64,000 nucleotides of DNA from Anolis carolinensis (GCF_035594765.1 NC_085843.1:43973955-44037954), one strand, 5' to 3'; shown: positions 26,674 to 40,136, counted from the first letter of the stretch. The notes: generated from the letters alone by a model not told the origin. Program-made: numbers and translations.

Positions 26674-27088
26674 CAGTGGTTCTCAGCCTGTCGGCTACGG
26701 CCCAGCAGTGGGCCGAGAGAATAAAAATCCGGTCCACAAAACTCCTCCCTCTTTATTTGTTTATTTAATTATATTAATTTTATTTACACTCCTTTCTGCA
26801 GAGCTGACCATTGCATTGGATAGACCACATCAGCTCTAGATTAATAAATATGATTTTCTGTGGGCAAGCAGATGGTGACTACTGAATAGCTTATCTTCTA
26901 TATCAGAAACTAGAGCTCATGTTATCCAATGTTATTTTCTGAATCAGCACCCCAAATAGCCAAAACAAATCTAAAGTTGACCAAAAACCGATCTGTAACC
27001 CTTTTGGTACTAATGTTAGAGAGTGGTCCCTGGTCAAAGTGGTCCCGGTCAAAGTGGGTCCTGGTCAAAAAAAGATTGGTAACCACTG
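26674..27088. mobile_element. hAT MITE
   Basis: CAGTGGTT..AACCACTG termini; near-perfect TSD C(C/T)GTAGAT. Confidence 0.8.
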
Positions 27089-27948
27089 CTGTAGATGTTT
27101 AAATGGTGGAATCATCAGAACTGTCAGGATGTGTATAGGTCCCGGGAAGTGACTGATGCTAAAGACAGAGCAAGTAATAACAAACCTTTGAGAAATCTCT
27201 GCACATGTAGAAGGAAACCCTTCAACTATGGAATTTTATAGTATCAAATTTGAGCATATGTGTTAATAGATAGCACAGTGTGTGGGCTAAGTGCTGGAAT
27301 GGGAGACCAGGCATAAATCCCCATTTGGCCAAGAAACCCCACTTGCAAGTCACATTCTACCAATCCATGAGGAAGGAAATGGGGAAAAGCCCTTTCCCTG
27401 AATAAATCTTGCCAAGAAAAAAAAACCTAGTCAGAATGATACGAAGAGGCACAACACCAAGCGGTGTGCTCACAAAATGCTAGCAGAACATTGCTATATG
27501 CTGCATTTCATAGTGAAAGAATAACCAAAACTACATCATAAGAATAGCCCCTCTAAGAAAACACTATGAAATTGATAGGCTTGCTACAACTCAACAGGAG
27601 ACCTGAGGGCACACATATACACCGACTAATCTTATAAAAATAGCCTATAACTTGCAGCAAAATCCATTATGCTAGGATGCACATTCCAGAGCTTCTAAGG
27701 TCCATCTACATTGAACATTTAAATGCAGTTTCGAACCAGTATTAAACAAACTAGCTTTGCTCTGCAGATAATGACATAGGAAATCCTTTAAACCAGGGCC
27801 TGGATGGTGATCGCACAAACCACAGAGCACTGATGCACACTGAAATTTTTCTTATCCGCACTTTTGTGAGTTTGTCTAGCCGCCAGTTTGAAGCTATCTT
27901 TTAACTGAATGAAATGGTCAGTGTAGATGGGGATTAAGACAAGTTCTA

Positions 27949-28367
27949 CCGTGTTTCCCCAAAAATAAGACAGTGTCTTATATTAATTTTTGATCCCAAA
28001 GATGCTCTAGGTCTTATTTTCAGGGAATGTCTTATTTTTCCATGAAGAAGAATTCACTTTTATTGTTGAACAAAAAAATGAACATTTATTATATACTTTA
28101 CAGCAGTTGTCATCATAAGCCAGCATAACCAAACAAACTGTGAATCTTAAAAAGAATTTCTTGTTACTACCATTATTTCCATGTACAATACTCTATGGTA
28201 CGTACATTTACTGATCCTGCATGCTCTGGTGTTCTGTTCGTTGGGCATGCTTCCAAACAAAAACTTTGCTAGGTCTTACTTTCGGGGGAGGCCTTATATT
28301 TAGCAATTCAGCAAAACCTTTACTAGGTCTTATTTTCTGGGGATGTCTTATTTTAGGGGAAACAGGG
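27949..28367. mobile_element. pogo-like MITE, sibling of 7894-9303
   Basis: Same TIRs, TA TSD. Confidence 0.85.
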
Positions 28368-31292
28368 TAATACTTTCAGAACAATTGAGTCCTCTAGGTT
28401 AAAGCTAACTTTTATTTCTGAGCTCTGGAAACCAAAGGCCAAGGACTCGTGTAGTAATAGGCCCATCTGTAGGAATTCTTGTGTAAAATGTAACTTTTTT
28501 TACTAATCAACAATTACTTCTGCTTTTCTCATTGTCGATACCCCTTCAAGGTTCCTCCAGATGGGTGTGTGGCAATGACTCCTTAACAGAACAAACTGCT
28601 CTGATTGTTTTAGTGACTTCAGAAAAAGGAAAGGGATAAAGAGTCTTCCTTTGATAGAGGGAACTCTTTAATTTCTGATAACAAAATCACAACAATCTTT
28701 ATTTATGAGGAGAATATTTCCTTGGCAAAAAAAGAAAAGGATCTGTTTAACTACATTTCTTAAACATATAAATATTTGTGTTGCATGTGTTGATATATGG
28801 CACATACAAAGAAGGTTCTGAGTACTGAAAAGTCACTTGCTTTTCTCACAACTAAATATGTTTTTAAAAAACCCTTCACATATCCAAAAAGTTAATGTCC
28901 CACAGAAAATTAAAACACTTTCAGCTTCTTAGACAAAGCTAATTTTAGGCCACCTACACTGACCATTTAACATAGTTTCAAACCAGTATTGAAAAAAGTG
29001 GTTTCACTGTTGAGATGATTACATAAGAAATCCTGAAACCAATTTGAGGACCAGATGATAATGACACAAACCAGAGCATTAATAAGGTCTTTCTTTCATG
29101 CATTTTAGTTGGCGTCTGCTGTATGGCTGCTGCAGTTTGAAACTATCTTTGAACTGCATTAAATGGTCAGTGAAAATGGGGCTTCTGTGGCCAGAATGAT
29201 GCAAAATTTCACATTTCAGCACTCAACATTTGTATAGCGCATGGTAACAAACTTGGTCAGAATGATATAAGCTAGAGTATATTGTATCTTAAACCTAACA
29301 CCGAATAAAAATGAAAAAGAACCCAATGAAATAAGTATACTGTATTTCCTCGCATAATAGTCACACATTTATGCCTTTTTTACCAAAAAAGGAGGAGACT
29401 CTTTTTTTAAAAACTGCCAAGGATGAGGGATGATCCAGCCCCAAACAAACAGCTCAATTCTGGGTTTTTTTGTTTTTTTTAAAAAACTGTCTTGCCACAG
29501 AGAAGAGGAGGAAGATATGAGCTCCAAAGAACTCCACTTTAGATTTTGGAAACTGCCTTGTCTTCAGAAAAAGAAGGAAATAAGGCAGAATTTGAGCCCC
29601 AAAGGGCTGTGAGACGATTATGCGAAGAAAGACTGTGAGCCAATTTTTGGAGGAAAGGAAAGGGATGAAACTATTATGCGGTGGTGACTAATATGTGGTG
29701 AATTGTGATACTGGTATAGGCACATTCTTTGGTTTTACAATTATACCTAGATAACTGTAAATGATAGTATGCTCGCTTATTATTTGCACTTGTAGTATGC
29801 AGATTGTTATACATGAAAACCACTCCTTAGACAAAAGCTAGAGCAGTGGGGGACTGCCTATGCTGAACTTCTGAAAGTAACCATCTCTGCATGGAGCCAT
29901 AAGCCTCCCTTGGCAGAGGAAGGAGAACTCCCATCTCAGCTGAGAAAATCAATTGAATCCTGGCTGCATTTCTTTCAGAAGAGGAAGGAGATAACCTCCT
30001 TTCTCAGTTGATAAAAATGGAAGAAACAGCTGCACTTCTCTCAGTAGGGGGGAATGAACTCCCTTCTTGGCAGAGAGGTCTATGGCTCCATGCAGCAGGG
30101 CTTCCCACAGGATTTGGCATCTGGGGAAAGGACTGCTTTGAGGAGTTCAGTTTTGAGAGCAGCAAGTGCCTCAATATATGACTTGTCCCTTTGGCTACTC
30201 TCCCATCCATGAAGTAGCAGGCGAGGCAGGAGGATATTCTGGTTATAGAATATTTTCAGCTTTAGTGGAACACCAGCTGTGGGGAAGACCCAACCAGCTA
30301 CATCAGAAAAAAGGGATTCTAGACATTATGTGAAATTCTTATTATGTGACAAATGCAGGCCTACTTTACACAAATAATTGTCAGTGATAAACATACTCAT
30401 TTTAGTCACATTATTTGTCACACTAAATGTGGGGAAATTACACCAAAACCAACAAAAACCATTGTATTCACAAGGATCCTTGTAAAATATAGGTTCTATT
30501 GCTATCATCCATTGACTTTCATAATGAGAGCATTTCACTAGCTGCTAACACAATGCTCTGGGGGATAACTCTGGCAGTATTTTGCTTTAGTTTCTCCCAC
30601 CCGGGGACAGCGCGGATGAGCTCCCTCTATCTGCTCCATGCGGAGACATGAGAGAAGCCTCCCACAAGGATGGTAAAAACATCAAAACATCCGGGTGTCC
30701 TCTGAGCAACGTCCTTGTAGACGCCCAATTCTCTCACTCCAGAAGTGACACAAGTCGCTCCTGACATGAAAAAAAAAAGTTTCTCCCAATTTCAGTTTGC
30801 TTTTGCATGTGAAACAGAGATCATAGCTTATAACAAACTTTGGCTAATTTCTAAACAAGACAGGTGAAAAACATGGTTCTCCAATCTGGCTTATTACACT
30901 GCTTAGCATAAGGCACACCAGTTTGACCACTGCAATGCTACTAACCATGTTATGTTGGCATAACGCTTGAAAAGAACTACACTAGTTGCCCTTTTAAAGA
31001 GAGTTTGTGTAAATATTAATAGGATATTACAGAGAAAAAGAGGATGTTCCACTAAAGCACATTTTAAAAAAATGCAATAACTTAGTGCTACAATAACATA
31101 GTGGCTATAGGGAATTGATTTGCTTGATAAAACTGATAGCACTATCTATACGATGATAGATGAAGAAAAGAAAATCCCACCTTACATTTTGGGGACACAC
31201 ACAACATAAGAAATAGAAGTTTCTGTAATCAAATTGTGTGACTATGAGTTAGTGAGTTGATTGTCCCTGCTTTCTGAAGTCTCATCACTTAC

Positions 31293-31387
31293 CCATATCC
31301 AGATTCTTCATCACTAAAGCCATACTTCTCTGAGTGTCTTTTCTTTTTCCAGTTTGGGTGTAACTTATTTTGTGATCTTGATGTCCA
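31293..31387 (-). CDS. SENP7: SENP7 exon 4 (WTSRSQNKLHPNWKKKRH...)
   Basis: tttcag/GTAAGT, phase 0-2; human WERSLRNKVISLDHKNKKH. Confidence 0.82.
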
Positions 31388-31727
31388 CTGAAATAGGTAG
31401 AGGAAATCGAATAGACAGATATTAAGTATATGAAAAGATAGAAAAGGAAGCAAATAGAAAATTGAAAAAGAAATTACCTTAAAATTGCAAACAAAAAAAA
31501 CCCAACAAATATTAAGATTTCACTGTAATTTTTTCAAATAATACAACATCCTAGTGTAACAATGTAACACTATGACATCAACATGAATGAAAATATGTTG
31601 TTTTCTACTCAGTAGGAATAAACATATTAGTCCAAAATATAAACAAGGATATTAATTCAGGAATTAGACACCATATAATTAATACAGTCTGACACCACTG
31701 TAGCTGGCATGGCTCAATGTTCTAGAA

Positions 31728-32390
31728 CAGGGGTCCTCAAACTTTTTAAGTGGAGGGCCGGATCACGGTCCCTCAGACTGTTGGGGGGCCGGACTATGAT
31801 GAAATAGTCAAAAATTAGGATTGTTTTTGTGTGCCTTCAAGTCATTTCAGACTTAGGTCAACCTAAAAGGCCAGGTAAATGACCTTGGAGAGCTGCATTC
31901 GGCCCATGGGCCTTAGTTTGGTGACCCCTGATCTAGATGATCTCATAAGACCATACGTAAGCAAAGAGACCTCCAAAGACCATCTAGATGGTCTCATAAG
32001 ACCATAGGTAAGGAAAGGGACCCTCAAAAGCCATCTAGATGGTTTCATAGGACTATAGGTAAGGAAAGGGCCCCCCAAAGACCATCTAGACAATCTCATA
32101 AAACCATAGGTAAGGAAAGGGACCCTCAAAGGCCATCTAGATGGTCTCATAGGACCCTAGGTAAGGAAAGTGACTTCCAAAAGCCATCTAGATTGTCTCA
32201 TAAGGCCGTAGCTAAGCAAAGAGACATTCAAAGACCATCTAGATGATCTCGTAAGACCATAGGTAAGCAAAGAGACCTCCAAAGACCAAGTAGACTTAGG
32301 TCAACCTTAAGTCTAAAGTTTAGGATGGGGCCAGGTAAATGACCTTGGAGGGCTGCATCCGGCCCCCGGGCCTTAGTTTGGGGACCCCTG
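31728..32390. mobile_element. hAT MITE with duplicated right end enclosing a 51-bp tandem array
   Basis: TIRs CAGGGGTCC / GGACCCCTG, TSD TTCTAGAA on both sides; extra internal end at 31930. Confidence 0.88.
31931..32288. repeat. Minisatellite, 7 x 51 bp
   Basis: ATCTAGA recurs at 31931, 31982, 32033, 32084, 32135, 32186 and 32237. Confidence 0.9.
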
Positions 32391-32977
32391 TTCTAGAACC
32401 ATGGGAGTTGTCGTTTTATAAGATCTGTAGTCTTCTCTGTAAAAAGTACTGATGCCTCTCCAAATTACAAATCTCAGGATGTTGAAGACTGATCATGCCA
32501 ACAGGCCTGGTAATCTCCCCCATTTCACCACCATAGCTTCCACTAAATCACCAATTCTATCAGCTGAAAAATCTTTCAAAACATTTTTAAATATTTCAGT
32601 TTCTAAGACAAATAATAGTCTCCCATTTTTACAAATGTTGTGTGTCCCAAATATTTCCAATCACTATTATTCCTTTTCTTCCTGACTTGAAAAACCTAGC
32701 TTCATATGTTCATTAACTATAATCCAAAATATGGAAGTAAGTTGCTAATTAGAAGGTTTCCTTCTTCACCATATTTTTAAAATGCTTTTGCCAATGTATC
32801 AATGGTTCACTTGGTTTCAGAAAATTGCAAAATTGTACATTTTCAACAATTATAGAATATTTTTTTTTCAAAAAATTATCAATGCTTATTTAAAAATATT
32901 TCTACTCTACTGAAGTCAGAGTAGAACTGACCATAAATGCTATTTACCCCTAGTAATGAGTTATGTTATGTATTTAC

Positions 32978-33085
32978 CCCTTGAAATGGGTTATCCCACT
33001 GATGAGAATCTGCGAGTCTTGATAATGGAGATTGAGCATGGACATCATCTGATTGTGTTCCTGATACCTTCTTTGGTATTCGATA
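32978..33085 (-). CDS. SENP7: SENP7 exon 3 (...SDDVHAQSPLSRL...)
   Basis: AG/GT boundaries, phase 0-0; human PEDVHVQSPLSKF. Confidence 0.88.
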
Positions 33086-33452
33086 CTGAAACAAGCAAGT
33101 TAATGTACACACATTGCTTATACAAGCAGGAAACAATAGCTCCCAAATTTTAAAGTACAAAAACAAGTTAAGATTCATTATTTGGTGATTTTACAGAACA
33201 CAAGTAAAGTATTCATTAATTACCATTATTTATAAAGCCAATCTTCATTAGATGTATAATTTTAATTTCCCAAATATTTTTGGTATTATAATTCTGCCTT
33301 TGTAGCTACAGACATGCATGTTTAATTTCTAAAAATGTTTCATACATTTTAAAATTTACTTCTATACATTACTTCCTCTATTTGTTAGGAAACCTGCAGA
33401 ATACCATCAGCCATATTGCCAAAATAAGGGATATACCTTAGGAGCCACTTAC

Positions 33453-33494
33453 TTTTTGTTGAACTAAAGATGACTTTTTCTCATGTCCTTCCAT
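33453..33494 (-). CDS. SENP7: SENP7 exon 2 coding part, probable start codon (MEGHEKKSSLVQQK); exon begins at 33502
   Basis: Acceptor at 33503-33504, GTAAGT donor, strong Kozak context ATTATGG; aligns with human IITEGKRKKSS. Confidence 0.75.
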
Positions 33495-33741
33495 AATTGC
33501 TGCTACATGGAAAAGATAAAAAACAAACAATATTCTGCATTTTGCTATAAGAAAGCATTGTCAAAAACAACTAATTAAGAATGATTCAACCTATTAGACA
33601 GAACCTATTTCTAGGTCTTAAAGATACGCACATCCCTTGTGAATAAAAACACTTCTTGGATAATTGCTCTTCTGTACAGAGATAAAAAAGTAGTCAAAAA
33701 ATAAAGAGAAATTCAAGGACTGATCTCTTATGTGGTAGCTA

Positions 33742-35002
33742 CGAGGGTTGAATGAAAAGTAATGCCTCCACCTTCGTAATGCCTCAACAGATGGCAGTAC
33801 TGGTATGTAGCAGGTACTGGCTTGTTCAGGAGACTCTCCTCTACAGTTCCATTTGGCGGGAAGCCTTAGCATTGAACCGTTGTGTTGTTAAAGTGTGAAG
33901 TATGCAACCCTGCGCAGACGGTCAGTCAATGCGACTTAAGCAACGTGCAGTCATTGAATTCTTGACAGCAGAAGGTGTCACCCCAAAGGAGATTCATCAC
34001 AGAATGCAAGCTGTTTATGGTGATTGTGTTGATGTGAGTACTGTGCATCATTGGGCAAGTAAGTTTAAAGATGTTGAGGTGGGAACATCTGACTTGTGTG
34101 ACAAACAAAGAGTTGGACAACCTGTGACAGCAACCACCGAGTTGCATTTCACAAGAACGTGTGGGTCACATTATTGCTTTGCTTGGCTATCGGAAGATCT
34201 GTGCACAATGGGTACCCAGGATGCTGACACCTGAAATGAAATTGCAGACTTGGAATTTGCCAGGAACTCCTCTTGTGTTACAAGAATGAAGGTGACGCCG
34301 TTCTCCATTCAATTGTGACAGGAGATGGAACGTGGGTACACCATTACGACCTGGAGACGAAGCGTCAGTCTATGGAATATCGACACAAAGACTCGCCCAG
34401 AAAAAGAAATTCAAGACACAGCCCTCAGCTCATGGCAACAGTGTTCTGGGATGCAGATGGTGTTATTCATGTTGATTTTCTTGAACGTGGAACAACAATA
34501 AATTCAGAGAATTACATCACAATACTGCGAACTTTGAAATGACGGCTAACAAGGGTCCAAAAGAAAAAGGGAAGTGTTTTCCTTCAGCATGACAATGCCA
34601 GACCATACACTTCACATGCCACCACAGCAGAACTCCACAGATTAGATCTCACCACCGTACAGCATCCTCCATACAGTCCAGATTTAGCACCGTCTGACTT
34701 CCATCTGTTCCCGATAATGAAAGAAGATCTGCAGGGACATCATTATGCTTCTGATGAAGACGTTGAGAGAACTGTGAGACGCTGGTTGCAGAAAAAGAGT
34801 GTCAACTTCTTCTGTGACGGCTTCAGAAAACTTGTTCATCGTTGGCAGAAATGTATCCAATTGTCTGGTAATTATGTGAAATAGTGAATAGTGGTAGTTA
34901 AAGAGCACATTCTAAGGATAATTTCTGCATTTGATTTATTAAAATATTCCTATCCAAACCCAAGTAACGAAGGTGGACGCATTACTTTTCATTCAATCCT
35001 CG
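33742..35002 (+). mobile_element. Near full-length mariner transposon with inactivated DD34D transposase
   Basis: TIRs CGAGG(G/A)TTGAATGAAAAGTAATGC, TA TSD; motifs QRAVIEFL, IVTGD, HDNARP, PPYSPDLAPSDFHLF split by frameshifts and stops. Confidence 0.93.
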
Positions 35003-35745
35003 TAGATTTAATGCTTTGCTGGTGAAACTTTTGGAACTTTCTTCCCCTGTCATCTTGATGGAGAAACATGTTTCGTTTGTATTTTTTCCTGTGATTCTGA
35101 TATTATACCTGTTTCTACAATAAATTGCTTTTTTTAATTGTAAATTACTTGAGGACGTATTGCCTCCGGATCCAAAAAAGAAGAAAATAACACTTTCCTT
35201 TGGCAAAACAGCATGCCATTTAAAAGGGTCTCCAGATGGTTTTAAAGTCTTGTTTTGAGATACATGAGAAGTGATATGGATCAGCCCCCTCCAATGCAAA
35301 ACATTTTTCACTAGTGGCAGTCTATGGGTGGATCCTGCCTCTATTTTTGCTATTTTAAGGTGACTGATTTATTGGCTGTTTGGCAAGTTCTCAGAAAAAC
35401 AAATGAAAGAATACACATTACACGTAAGCTGACTAAAACGGACCCATATTTTCCAATGCATTTGCTTCTCTAAGTGGTTTCTAATGTAGCCCACCAGATC
35501 ATTTTGGTAGTCGAGATTGAAGAGATGATGTGCTGAGTGATATAAATTGTGGTTTGTTGTTCTAGAATCTAGATCTAACAACAAATCATGGGGTGAATCC
35601 AAACAGGATAAAAATTATGTCTACTAGATCTGGTGCTTTTAAAATACGCTTTCATACAACACAAGTTATGATCACCTTCATTAGAAATACGAGAATAGAT
35701 ACTCTGTCTCCTTCTGATTCCTTTGTGGAATGTGTTTCGTTGCCA

Positions 35746-35914
35746 CAGTTTTTGCCTTCTCACATTATTTCCACATCCACTGAGCACATTTTCTGCCCAA
35801 GGTGTGTGGTTGTGTGCGCGCTCCCTCAGTTTTTGCCTTCTCACATTCTCTCCATTTCCACTGAGCACAATTTCTGGCCAAGGTGTGTGTGTGCGCGCGC
35901 GCGCGTGTGTGTGC
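35746..35914. repeat. 81-bp tandem duplication followed by a (GT)n(GC)n(GT)n alternating tract
   Basis: CAGTTTTTGCCTTCTCACATT at 35746 and 35827; alternating purine-pyrimidine run 35883-35914. Confidence 0.8.
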
Positions 35915-36492
35915 TCCCTCACGCCAAAACATCCGTCAAAGGAAAGCAGAAGCACCTCCTAATTCTTCCCAACATAACTTGATCTCTCAGTCTTGCATAT
36001 GTTGTTTCTATTAAGAGGCGAGTACAGTGCTCCTGAATACAGGAGGGAGTCAGTTACACTGACACTTTTGCCTCTCTAGAGATTAAATCAGAATCCTTTC
36101 AACATTTACCTTGAATCAGTCCCACTGAAGTTCATGAAGTTTGCTTCCGAGGCCCCATCTACACTGCCATACAATGTAGTTTAACTCAATGAACTGCATT
36201 ATATGAGTCCACACTGCCATATAATGCAGTTCAATACAATTAAACTGCATTATGCAACTGCATTATATGGGAGTGTAGAGGAGCCCCACGTAAACAGGTA
36301 GCTTTCATATAAAATCAGTGGGTCATTCTTCACAGTAGATATCACAATCAAAAGAGAAATTGAAACTGCTGCCTTGCATGCTTTCATCCAGAATGTTTCT
36401 TTAAAGCTGTTGAAGCATCGAGCACTACAGGAAGTACACCTATATGGGTGTGATTGAGATAATTATCCGTGGTTGGATGCAATGTCTTAAGC

Positions 36493-36979
36493 CAGGGGTC
36501 CCCAAACTTTTTAAACAGGGGCCTAGTTCACGGTCCCTCAGACCATTGGAGGCCAAACTATAGTTTTTTTAAAAAACCATGAATAAATTCCTATGCAGTG
36601 CACATTGCACATATCTTATTTTGAAGGAAATAAAACAAAACAGGAATAAATACAACCTCAATGTTAATCATAATCATAATCAAAATAATAAAGAGGGTTG
36701 GAAGAGACCCCTTGGGCCATTTAGTCCAACCTCCTGCTGCCTTTGTGCACCAAAATCACTAGCAAAGCAGTGCACCCCTTAATAATTAATTATTTATTTA
36801 TTAAATAATAGTTAAAATACCATTATAAACAAGCAAAGCTTTGTAAGGTGCACACCTTTCCCTCCCCCCTCGCGCCGCATGCGCCTTCCTCGGCGGAGGA
36901 GGGAGCTGCCACCGCAAGGACCAAATAAATGGCTTCGATGGCCAAATGTGGCCCCTGGGCCTTAGTTTGGGGACCCCTG
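36493..36979. mobile_element. hAT MITE
   Basis: CAGGGGTCCCCAAACT TIRs; TSD TCTTAAGC. Confidence 0.88.
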
Positions 36980-37461
36980 TCTTAAGCTATACACATGCAA
37001 AGAGAAGAGAGCAAATAAATAAAGTTCAATTTCAAGTCCTATCTAGAATAAACTCATTGACTGAATAGGGTGTATTTCAATGCTAACATTATTTAGCAAC
37101 TGATTCAACACATCTACTCTAGCTAAGTAGGTCAGTATTTCTTTCTTATGCTTCACCTACACTGACCATTTAATGTAGTTTGAAGTTCAAACTGTGGCAG
37201 CCGGACAATTAACTCACACAAAATCACACAGAAAAAAATCTTGATGTGCATCAGTGTTCTGTCATTTGTGCAATCACCATCTAGGCCTCAAACTAAATCT
37301 AAAATTCCCATATGATATTTTGCACTGTGAAACCACTTTTTTCCATAGCTGTTTGAAACCGCATTTATTAGATCAGTGTAGATGCCCCTCCCCTTAAAGC
37401 AACCAAGCCAAAAGCACTGGGAAAGCAGAACCAGAATGAGAAGAATGCAGTGCATCCTTTA

Positions 37462-37659
37462 CATTCCAGACAGGAAACAACCAGAGCCAGCTAACACCTC
37501 CCAACAAAGGAGCCCCCCAGGGAGGAAACAAACACACTTTGAAGCTGCAAGCCCATTCAATGCTAATCAAGGTGACTAATTACAATGTTCATACTTGCCT
37601 CCATAAACAAAAACCCACTAAGGACGACGCCACAGCAACGCGTGGCCGGGCACAGCTAG
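37462..37659 (+). mobile_element. 5'-truncated Helitron end with a Penelope-derived fragment
   Basis: Ends CGCCACAGCAACGCGTGGCCGGGCACAGCTAG|T, identical to the other Helitron 3' termini; left boundary approximate. Confidence 0.7.
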
Positions 37660-37864
37660 TACCTTTATAAATCTAAGCAGGTGCTACCCCCTATATCATC
37701 CTAAAGAGTGCCCACAATTTTATTAGACTTTTATTACCTACTTGAATTTAATATGGTTTCATAATTTCTTCATATTTTAACTTTGCATTTTAAGCCACCC
37801 GAGATGGTACAACATTCTGTAATTTTGAGTTCCCCTGGGGAGGTAGGGTAGGTTACAAATAAAG

Positions 37865-37897
<33 letters not shown>

Positions 37898-38127
37898 GTG
37901 CATCTCCACCTGGCATGGGGAAATCTTGGCCCTTCAGGTGTTTTGGACTTCAAATCCCACAATTCCTAACAGCCAGTAGGAATTGTCCATGGTCGAAGTT
38001 TTCCATGCCTGATCTGCACTGTAGAATTCATACAGTTTGACACTTGAACTGCCACAGCTCAGTGCTATGGAAGCATGGGGTTTGCAGTCTGGTGAGGCAT
38101 CAGTGTTATTTAGTAGAGAATGCTAAA

Positions 38128-38507
38128 ATAAAATCTGAACAAAATCTGGCTACCAGTATTAAAACACCTCTAAAATCAGGACAGTAAATAAAGAACACTC
38201 TGAAAACAGGGGAATTCTAGACATGAAACAATCAGAACCAGCTAACAAATCACAACAAAGGATTCCCAAAGGCAGGAATCATCAGGCCTTGAAGCTGCAA
38301 GGCTTTTCAATGCTAATCAAGGTGATTAATTACAACATTGTCTGCCTCCAACAGACAAGAGTTCATTCTCGCACCCTGGACATTCCACAGATATATAAAC
38401 CTCCCTTGCCTATAAACCTCTGAGGGTGCCTGCCATAAATGTGGGCGAAACGTCAGGAGAAAATGCTTCTGAAACATGGCCATACAACCCGGAAAACTCA
38501 CGGCAAG
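38128..38507. mobile_element. Penelope-like retroelement fragment
   Basis: Same family as the GIY-YIG-bearing copies at 50895 and 61225. Confidence 0.7.
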
Positions 38508-38559
38508 CCAATGCTAAAATACTGTAAAAACTACAACTTTAAAAAGGTATATGGATTGA

Positions 38560-39010
38560 CTCCAACCTTGGCCTTCCTCCTCGAGCCGAGGCCCTCAAAG
38601 CCTCCCGCTCGTCCCCTTTAAGTCCAAACCCTCGGAGGGCTGCCGACGCATTTAAGGAGCGCAGGAGGAAGAAGCGTTTCCGGCTGTTCCGAGGAAGACA
38701 ACAGAGCAGGCAGCGAGGCAAGTCCGCCCCTCGCTTTGGGCCTTCCCCTGCTCACCTGCCCGGCTCTAGCCCGCTCACGCCGCCCCCGCTTTTGTTTACG
38801 CTGACGGCCGCTATTCCTGAAGGACCTTTGCGGGCCGCTTCCGGTACAGACAACGCCCCCTCAGCCCCCACCGCTCTTTTTCAAAACTGCCATGGCAACA
38901 CCGAATGGGGTTCTGGGGTGTGTAGTTTAGAGCGGGGCCATTTACAATGTACATCCGCCGAGCTGTTGAGTCTGATTGAACTACAAGCCCCAGGGATCTA
39001 GAGGGTGGGG
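38560..39010. promoter_or_regulatory. CpG-rich, probably bidirectional promoter for SENP7 (minus) and FAM172B (plus)
   Basis: CpG-dense; ETS-type GCTTCCGGT near 38837; RFX X-box-like ACTGCCATGGCAAC at 38886-38899; ZNF143-like ACTACA..CCCAG motifs near 38910-38928 (minus) and 38980-38995 (plus). Confidence 0.75.
38756..38840 (-). other. SENP7: SENP7 putative non-coding exon 1 (5' end approximate)
   Basis: Strong donor GGCAG|GTGAG at 38755 inside the CpG island. Confidence 0.65.
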
Positions 39011-39130
39011 CCAAGTGGAGTATAGAGCTATAGCTGTGTGCACGATAGAGTTATTTTCGTGGGGATTTAACTCCTCGTTTCAGAGATAGGCCATGAAGAG
39101 CTGTTTATGTTTGGGAGATCCTTCCCCAGC

Positions 39131-40136
39131 TGGGTTGCTGTGAGTTTTCCAGGCTGTATGGCCATGTTCGAGAAGCATTCTCTCCTGATATTTCGCCCAC
39201 AACTATGGCAGGCATCCTGAGAGGTTGAGGGTTCTGTAGAAACTAGGCAAGTGAGGTTTATGTATCTGTGGAATGTCCAGGGTGGGAAAAAGAACTCTTG
39301 TCTGTTGGACGCCAGTGTGAATATTGTAACTGGCCACCTTGATTAGTATTTAATGTCCTTGCAGCTTCAAAGAAATGCTGGACCACTCTAACAACTACCA
39401 TGTTACACTACACAGAGAAGCCGTTGAAATCCACAAGCATGCGGACAGTTTATTTATTTATTTACAGCATTTATATTCCGCCCTTCTCACCCCAAAGGGG
39501 ACTCAGGGCGGATCACATTACACATATAGGCAAACATTCAATGCCTTTTAACATAGAACAAAGACAAACAAACATAGGCTCCGAGCAGCCACAAACTCAT
39601 GACCTCCTGGTCAGAGTGATTCATTGCAGTTAATGGCAGCTGGCTTGCTCTCCCGCCTGCGCCACAGCCCAGGCCCTTTCAACAGAAAGGATGAAACCAT
39701 GAAAATGAACAAAACCTGGCTACCAGTATTAAAAAGCTATAAAATCAGGACAGTATATATATAAAGAACAACACTCGAGAACAGGGGAATTCCAGACAAG
39801 AAACAATTAGGGCCAGCTGACACCTCCCAACAAAGATTCCCCCAGGCAGGAAGCAGCCAGGCTTTGAAGCTTCAAGGCTATTCAGTGCTAATCAAGGTGG
39901 CCAATTGCACCATTTACATTTGCTTCAAGCAGGCAAGAGTTCTTTCTCCCATGCTGAACGTTCCACAAATATATAAACCCCACTTGCCTCCTTTCCAACA
40001 GGCCTAACAACCTCTGAGGATGCCTGCCATAGATGTGGGCGAAATGTCAGGCAAGAATGCTTCTGGAACATGGCCATACAACACGGAAAACTCACAGCAA
40101 CCCAGTGATTCCAGTCATTAAAGCCTTCAACAACAC
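39131..40136. mobile_element. Penelope-like fragments in inverted arrangement with an internal SINE/L2-like insertion
   Basis: GGTTGCTGTGAGTTTTCC at the left end and its reverse complement at the right end. Confidence 0.7.

Noticed and set aside
31931-32288. Regularly spaced repeats resembling a CRISPR array
   Set aside because: Whole 51-bp units are homologous with no unique spacers, the context is eukaryotic and there are no cas genes; it is a minisatellite
33902-34890. Active or domesticated mariner transposase
   Set aside because: Split across frames with stops and an internal deletion
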